A DNA stretch of 63,938 nt, the filler included, from Reclinomonas americana ATCC 50394 (Eukaryota), in NCBI GenBank assembly GCA_048213135.1. It is 13 parts of 13 records of this genome, joined end to end, with 100 filler letters (N's around TTAATTAATTAA, not from the genome) between each part and the next. Parts side by side here need not be neighbours in the genome. Positions count along the whole stretch, not along the records: positions 57,568 to 60,696 come from AFZH01024053.1; positions 60,797 to 62,418 come from AFZH01024055.1; positions 62,519 to 63,938 come from AFZH01024058.1; 10 more parts are not named here. One strand, given 5' to 3'. Within the stretch, counting starts at the first letter, position 1. Each line of letters opens with the position of its first letter. The position numbers and the translations under genes are program-made. The notes beneath the pieces are model-generated. The model was given only the letters and a program-made list of their open reading frames with translations. It made no database searches and was not told the origin of the DNA. Below, piece by piece: positions 58,330 to 63,938 of the stretch.

Positions 58330-59266
58330 TGTCCGAGAGCACCACACGCACCCTCACCGTCCCTCGGGGCTCCCGGAGTGAGACCGGCACTGCCGCCCGA
58401 TCCGGGCGACCCATCGTATGGATCTTCCTGGCGCCCACCCTCATCGGGCTCGGCCTGTTCAACCTCGTTCCGATCGTCGGCTCGTTCGTCCTCGCCTTCT
58501 TCCGCTGGGACATCATCTCCGACCCGGTGTTCGTCGGCGTCGACAACTTCGTCGATCTCGCGACCAACCCGACCGTGAGCGTGTCGTTCCTGAACACGAT
58601 CGGCTTCGTGGTGGTGGCCGTGACCCTTCAGCTCACGGTCGCGCTGGTTCTCGCCATCCTCGTGCAATCGAGGATGCCGGCATGGCTGCGCACCTTCTTC
58701 CGGTCGTCGCTGTTCTTCCCCCTGATCCTGTCGGCCGCGTCCGTGTCGCTGATCATGGCCTACCTGTTCAACCAGGAGTTCGGTCTGGTGAACCAGACGC
58801 TCAATCTGATAGGCATCGCCGACGTCGGCTGGCTGACGACAGGATTCGGCGCGAAGGTCGTGGTGCTGCTGGTCTACGTGTGGCAGAACTTCGGCTTCAC
58901 CTTCCTCCTCTTCATCGGGGGTCTCTCGGCGATCCCCCGGGAGGTCTACGAGGCCTCCTCCCTCGACGGCGCAGCCGGGTGGACGCAGTTCCGGATGATC
59001 ACACTTCCCCTGGTGAGTCCCACGTTGCTCGTGGCATCCGTCATGGCGATCATCAACGCTCTGCAGATCTTCGACCAGCCATGGGTGCTCACCCGAGGGG
59101 CCCCGGCGATGAGACCCGCACCGCGGTGATGGTGATCTACGAATCCGCCTTCCGGCAGCTCGACTTCGGCGGCGCTTCGGCCATCGGCATCGTTCTCACG
59201 CTGCTCATCATGCTCGTCACGGCCATCCAATTCCGGTTGAGCCGTCGATTCGTCTTCTACGGGTGA
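58326..59266 (+). CDS. Sugar ABC permease (MalF/UgpA type) with an apparent 1-nt frameshift at ~59097-59104
   Basis: EAA loop IPREVYEASSLDGA; LTRG continues as GPGDETRT...RRFVFYG in another frame across a GGGGCCCC run. Confidence 0.88.
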
Positions 59267-59273
59267 GGCCATC

Positions 59274-60158
59274 ATGACCACGACAATCACGACGAAGCGT
59301 TCCTGGCTCCTGCGCCTCGGCACGGGTGGGAAGTTCGCCCTCCTCGCACTGGCGGTCTTCCTCACCCTCGGGCCCGTCGTCTGGACCCTGGTCACGGCGC
59401 TCTCGCCCACCGACAGCGTGACCCAGGAGGTCAGCGTCGGGTTCGGGGCGTTCGCCGACGTCTTCACCAAGATCCCCATCTGGCTCTACGCGTGGAACAG
59501 CGCTCTCGTGGTGCTGCTGATCGCCGCGGGTCAGATGCTCTCCGCTGCGATGGCCGGCTATGTCTTCGCCAAGTTCGAGTTCCGCAGCAAGAAGCTGCTG
59601 TTCGCTCTGATCCTCGCGACCATGATGGTCCCGCTGCAGGTCACGATCGTGCCCGTGTTCATGCTGGTGCGGGGCATGGGCCTCGCCGACACGCTCCTGG
59701 CGCTGATCGTGCCCGCGCTGCCGACCGCGTTCGGCACGTTCCTGATGCGGCAGTACTTCATGGGGGTCCCGACCGAACTGGGCGAAGCCGCCCAGCTCGA
59801 TGGGGCAGGGCCATGGCGCACGTTCTTCGGCGTGTACCTTCCGCTGGCGACGCCTGGCCTCGCCATCGTCGGCATCCTCGCCTTCAACTATCACTGGAAC
59901 GAGTTCTTCCGGCCGCTGATCATGACCATCAGCGATCAGAACTTCACGTTGCCGCTCGGTCTCGTGACGCTGCAGGGCAACCTCGGCACCGGCAGTATCT
60001 CGACGGTGCTCGCCGGAGTGATCCTCTCGATGATCCCCGCGCTCCTGGTGTTCTTCTTCGGGCAGAAGCCGCTGCGCGAAGGACTCACCGCGGGCGTCGG
60101 CAAGTCGACCCCCATCCGAATCACAGAGAAAGACGACTGCACCGGTGACAACAACTGA
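59274..60158 (+). CDS. Sugar ABC permease (MalG/UgpE type)
   Basis: FLMRQYFMGVPTELGEAAQLDGA and WNEFFRPLI motifs. Confidence 0.92.
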   Translation: MTTTITTKRSWLLRLGTGGKFALLALAVFLTLGPVVWTLVTALSPTDSVTQEVSVGFGAFADVFTKIPIWLYAWNSALVVLLIAAGQMLSAAMAGYVFAKFEFRSKKLLFALILATMMVPLQVTIVPVFMLVRGMGLADTLLALIVPALPTAFGTFLMRQYFMGVPTELGEAAQLDGAGPWRTFFGVYLPLATPGLAIVGILAFNYHWNEFFRPLIMTISDQNFTLPLGLVTLQGNLGTGSISTVLAGVILSMIPALLVFFFGQKPLREGLTAGVGKSTPIRITEKDDCTGDNN

Positions 60159-60696
60159 CCTTCCCCCGGTCCGCATCACTCGCCCGCGGATGCACTTCTC
60201 CCCTCAGAACAACTGGATGAACGATCCGAACGGACTCGTCTTCCACGACGGGCTCTACCACCTGTACTTCCAGTGCAACCCGCAGGGGGTCTCGCACGCG
60301 AACATCAGTTGGGGCCATGCCACGAGTACCGACCTGACGCGATGGACCGAGCACGATCCGGCGATCCTCTGGGATGACGAGGCGCAGATCTTCTCCGGCT
60401 CCGTCGTGGTGGACCACGGCAACACATCGGGATTCGGCACGGATCAGGAGCCCGCGCTGGTCGCGCTCTACACGGCTGCGGCGCCAGGACACCAGGCCCA
60501 GGCTCTCGCGTACAGCACCGACGGCGGGTACGTCTGGACGAAGTACCAGGGCAACCCCGTCCTCGACCGCGGCACGAGCGATTTCCGCGACCCGAAGGTG
60601 TTCCGCTACGACGATGGCGGGGACGGATACTGGGTGATGGTCGCGGTCGAGGCGCAGGACCGCCAGGTGCTGTTCCATCGGTCCGACGACCTCAAG
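60145..60696 (+). CDS. Glycoside hydrolase family 32 (levanase/beta-fructofuranosidase), 3'-partial
   Basis: WMNDPNG, WGHATSTDL, FSGSVV and FRDPKV motifs. Confidence 0.93.
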
Positions 60697-60796
60697 NNNN
60701 NNNNNNNNNNNNNNNNNNNNNNNNNNNNNNNNNNNNNNNNTTAATTAATTAANNNNNNNNNNNNNNNNNNNNNNNNNNNNNNNNNNNNNNNNNNNN

Positions 60797-60886
60797 CCGT
60801 CTGAGGCGTCCGGCGTCGGGGCACATGCGGCGATCATCGACACCAGCAGCGCGGCCGCGGCGAGCGCGGGGGATTCTGTAGGCCAT
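60797..60886 (-). CDS. Start of a putative lipoprotein gene (partial; probable 1-nt frameshift in a C run)
   Basis: GGAAGG then ATG at 60886; the shifted frame reads ALAAAALLVSMIAAC (lipobox-like). Confidence 0.35.
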
Positions 60887-60901
60887 GGGCTTCCCTTCCG
60901 A

Positions 60902-62128
60902 TCAGGCGACGAGAGTGGCTTCTGACGCAGCGCGCTTGCGCGCCAGGAGGAGACAAGCGGCTGCTGCGAGCAGGACCGTCACGACGGTGGTGATGCCGAG
61001 GGGCAGGATGCTGAGCGCTCCGGCGATGCCGACGAAGGGAGCAGCGATCCCGCCGAACCCGAATCGGACCATGCCGAGCAGGGAGGATGCCGTTCCGGCC
61101 ATCTGCGGGTAGTCGGCGAGCGCGAGCGTCGTCGCCGGAGGTGCGGTGATCGCCACACCGCTCGACAGTGCGAACAGTGAGACGACGACCACCCACAACG
61201 GCATCGGTGTCAGTCCGGCGACGAGGAGTCCGACAGCTCCCAGTCCCGTGACGACGACTCCCGCCGCGAGCGTGCCGGGGATGCTCCACCGCTCGGCGGT
61301 GCGCCCGGCGAGGTACCCGAAGATCATGTGCCCGGCGGAGTTGAGTCCGAACGCGGCGGCGTACCACTGCGGGGTGAGTCCGTAGATGTCCTGCAGGACG
61401 AACGTGGATCCTGCGAGATACGCGAACAGCGCCGCATACAGGAACCCCTGGTTCAGAACCGCGCCGAGGAACACACGGTCGCCGAGAAGGGTGCGGTAGG
61501 CCTGGAGGGTCTCCCCGAATCCGCCGCGCGTGCGCTGGTCCGCCGGCAGGGTCTCCCCGAACACGAGGAGCGTGATGACGAGAAGCACCGCACCGATGAC
61601 GGCGAGGAAAACGAACAGTCCCCGCCAATCGGTGAAGGTGTTCAACAGCCCGCCGAGAAGGGGGCCGACGATGGCCGCGAACCCCCCGATGACGGTGAGC
61701 CGGCCGTAGAAGCGGATGAGGGCCTTGCCCTCGAAGACGTCGCGGCCGGCCGCGGTGGCGATGACGATTCCCACACCGCCGGCGAGACCCTGCACGAGGC
61801 GAGCGAGGATCAGCAGCTCGATCGACGGGCTGAGCGCGCACAGGACAGAGGTGAGGATGTACGCGGCGATCCCGATCAGAAGGATCCCGCGGCGCCCGAA
61901 CCGGTCGGACAGCGGGCCCGCGATCAGCTGACCCGCGGCGAGCCCGATCAGGCACGCCGTCACCGTCAGCTGCGCCACCGAGGTGACGGCGCCGAGCTCC
62001 GCCGTCAGTGCCGGCAGGGCGGGAAGGTAGAGATCCATCGAGATCGGACCGAACACCGTCAACAGCAGAAGCAAGGACGGCAGCACGCGTCGGGTGAGGC
62101 TCGGCGACGACGGTGAGAGGGAAGGCAT
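60902..62128 (-). CDS. Bcr/CflA-family multidrug efflux MFS transporter
   Basis: MDLYLPALP and GPLSDRFGRR motifs; 408 aa, highly hydrophobic. Confidence 0.93.
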   Translation of the reverse strand: MPSLSPSSPSLTRRVLPSLLLLLTVFGPISMDLYLPALPALTAELGAVTSVAQLTVTACLIGLAAGQLIAGPLSDRFGRRGILLIGIAAYILTSVLCALSPSIELLILARLVQGLAGGVGIVIATAAGRDVFEGKALIRFYGRLTVIGGFAAIVGPLLGGLLNTFTDWRGLFVFLAVIGAVLLVITLLVFGETLPADQRTRGGFGETLQAYRTLLGDRVFLGAVLNQGFLYAALFAYLAGSTFVLQDIYGLTPQWYAAAFGLNSAGHMIFGYLAGRTAERWSIPGTLAAGVVVTGLGAVGLLVAGLTPMPLWVVVVSLFALSSGVAITAPPATTLALADYPQMAGTASSLLGMVRFGFGGIAAPFVGIAGALSILPLGITTVVTVLLAAAACLLLARKRAASEATLVA

Positions 62129-62173
62129 GCATCCATCCTTCGCGCGGACGCGTCTCAGCGGGAGTCCCTGACG

Positions 62174-62199
62174 AGGGGTGTACTGACAGAGAACCCCCC
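62174..62199. promoter_or_regulatory. Candidate operator between the divergent MFS and XRE genes
   Basis: Imperfect inverted repeat GGGGT-N13-ACCCC in the ~100-bp divergent intergenic region. Confidence 0.35.
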
Positions 62200-62230
62200 G
62201 ACGCGGCTCCGTCGACCTACCCTGAAGCGT

Positions 62231-62418
62231 ATGGACAATCGAGAAGAGGTGCGCGAGTTCCTCATGACCCGCCGTGCACGGATCTCACCGGAAGCCGCCG
62301 GCATCCCCGTGGGTTCGAACCGTCGCGTCGAGGGATTGCGGCGCAGCGAGGTGGCGACTCTCGCCGGTGTCAGTGTGGAGTACTACTCCAAGCTGGAGCG
62401 TGGGGCGATATCCGGTGC
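62231..62418 (+). CDS. XRE-family HTH regulator (MmyB-like), 3'-partial
   Basis: EFLMTRRARISPEAAG...RRVEGLRRSEVATLAGVSVEYYSKLERG. Confidence 0.9.
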
Positions 62419-62518
62419 NNNNNNNNNNNNNNNNNNNNNNNNNNNNNNNNNNNNNNNNNNNNTTAATTAATTAANNNNNNNNNNNNNNNNNNNNNNNNNN
62501 NNNNNNNNNNNNNNNNNN

Positions 62519-63938
62519 GCCGAAAGTTCGACATGAGTTCACCCCCGCCGCCGACCGGCATCGTCAGCTACACCGTCACCTCTCCCATTGGCGGCCCAGA
62601 GGTCGAAAAGATGACGGACAAGCAATGGCTCCTCGCAATGACCAAGCATGACGGCGACGACCGCAAATCAGACCCTTCCGTGGGAGGAGCCCGGGAACTC
62701 TCGCAGATGCTCAAGGCCAGCACCGCGAATGATCCACAGCGCTTTGCGAAGCTCGCGATGGGGATGACCACGGAGACTAATCCGGCTTACCCAAGTGCCG
62801 TTCTTTGGGGGTTTGGGAGGCTTCGATCCCGCCAGATGTTCTAGCGGCAGTCGTCGGCGCCATTCGATACATTATGAGTCTCGGTATGAGCGAGTGCGAT
62901 CGCTGGCTGGGATGGTCCGTACGCCACTTCCTAGACGACGCCCCGCTTGACCTGGTGCAGCTGGTGCGAGATCGTGCCCTCACTGCACCGGACCCGAAGG
63001 ACAACACTCCCGTGTTCACGCAAGACGCTGAACATCCCGGTCGCGAGTTGCGTCAGAACGGCATAAACACGGCGAGAGGAAGGCTCGCTGAAGAGCTCGG
63101 AGACCTCCTTCTTCACGATGCAACGGGCGAGCGCACGACTGTAGTCAGCGCCCACTTGGTCGCGCTCGCAACCGATCCGGTCCTCAGTGTTCGTGCGTGC
63201 GTCGCTCACACGATCGCTGCATGCCTCCGACACGACCGGGCGACTGCCCTCGAGGCGTTCGACCGTCTGATCGAGGCGGACGATATGTTGTTGGCGTCTG
63301 ATCTCGTGCAGAACCTGATGATCTACATCGGCAACGTAAGCCCAGAGCGAGTCGAACCAGTGATAGACCGCATGCTCGACTCATCCGACGCAGACGTACG
63401 GCACGCGGGTGGCAGCATGGCGGCTTTCGCCGCTCTTGAGTGGGAGCGTCCTGCGCTTATGGATCGAGCTCTTTCCGGGGACAGTCAAACGCGCAACGGT
63501 GCAGCAATCGTGTGCAGCGCAAGAATCGATCGAGCGGCAGACTCGCGACTCGTACGCTCCACGTTGCTCCAGCTCATGGACGACGAGGAGGAAGACGTCC
63601 GCAAGTCAGTTGGCGAACTTGCCAGCCGCCTCAGGGGACGACCTATGCGTCCGTTGGCTGGCTTTCTTTCAGAGCTGATCACATCGTCGAGCTATACCCA
63701 CGCGACGCCACAACTATTGATCGCTATCCAGGAGGCTCCCGATAAGGTAGACGATCTGGTGGTCCTCGCCGCTCATCGCTTCCTCGACGTGTTCAGCACC
63801 GACCTCGGAGATTTGCGCACAAGCGCCGCGGGCGACGCGCACTACATCGCGGACCTTGTTGTTCGTGCCCTTGCGCAAACACGCGATGCGGAGCGCGTGT
63901 CAGAGCTACTGGATATTCTTGACGGACTCATGCAACTC
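62519..63938 (+). CDS. Internal fragment of a large bacterial alpha-solenoid (HEAT-like) protein; frameshift near 62815
   Basis: The frame ending at 62844 continues in a shifted frame that stays open to the window end (PDP...GINTARGRLAEELGDLL, DPVLSVRACVA, DSSDADVR, DEEEDVRKSV). Confidence 0.7.

Overview
The window is not one locus. It is 13 contigs joined by 12 artificial 100-nt spacers (N44-TTAATTAATTAA-N44). Nine contigs come from one intron-dense, flagellated microbial eukaryote with short GT-AG introns and (GA)n/(GT)n microsatellites. They carry CFAP57/WDR65, V-ATPase subunit C, a ZGRF1-type helicase, a membrane-anchored subtilase-FN3 protease, several unknown genes, a >11.6-kb CACTA/EnSpm-type transposon with a divergent Ulp1 (C48) protease gene, and a tandem array of 8 intronless WD40 genes (7-blade where complete). 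Four contigs are bacterial (DUF6875/RluA; actinobacterial sugar ABC + GH32; Bcr/CflA MFS + XRE; a HEAT-like fragment). Two signals stand out. (1) About two dozen introns called by hand begin with a register-shifted donor GTT-NN-GT (19x GTTGCGT, 4x GTTTCGT, plus GTTGAGT and GTTGCGC), i.e. the normal donor with one extra T; several restore conserved protein motifs exactly. (2) The WD40 array shows blade-level mosaicism, variable ligand-face positions and a conserved SOCS-box-like tail, suggesting a diversifying E3-adaptor or immune-like family. All intron calls are manual and lack RNA evidence.
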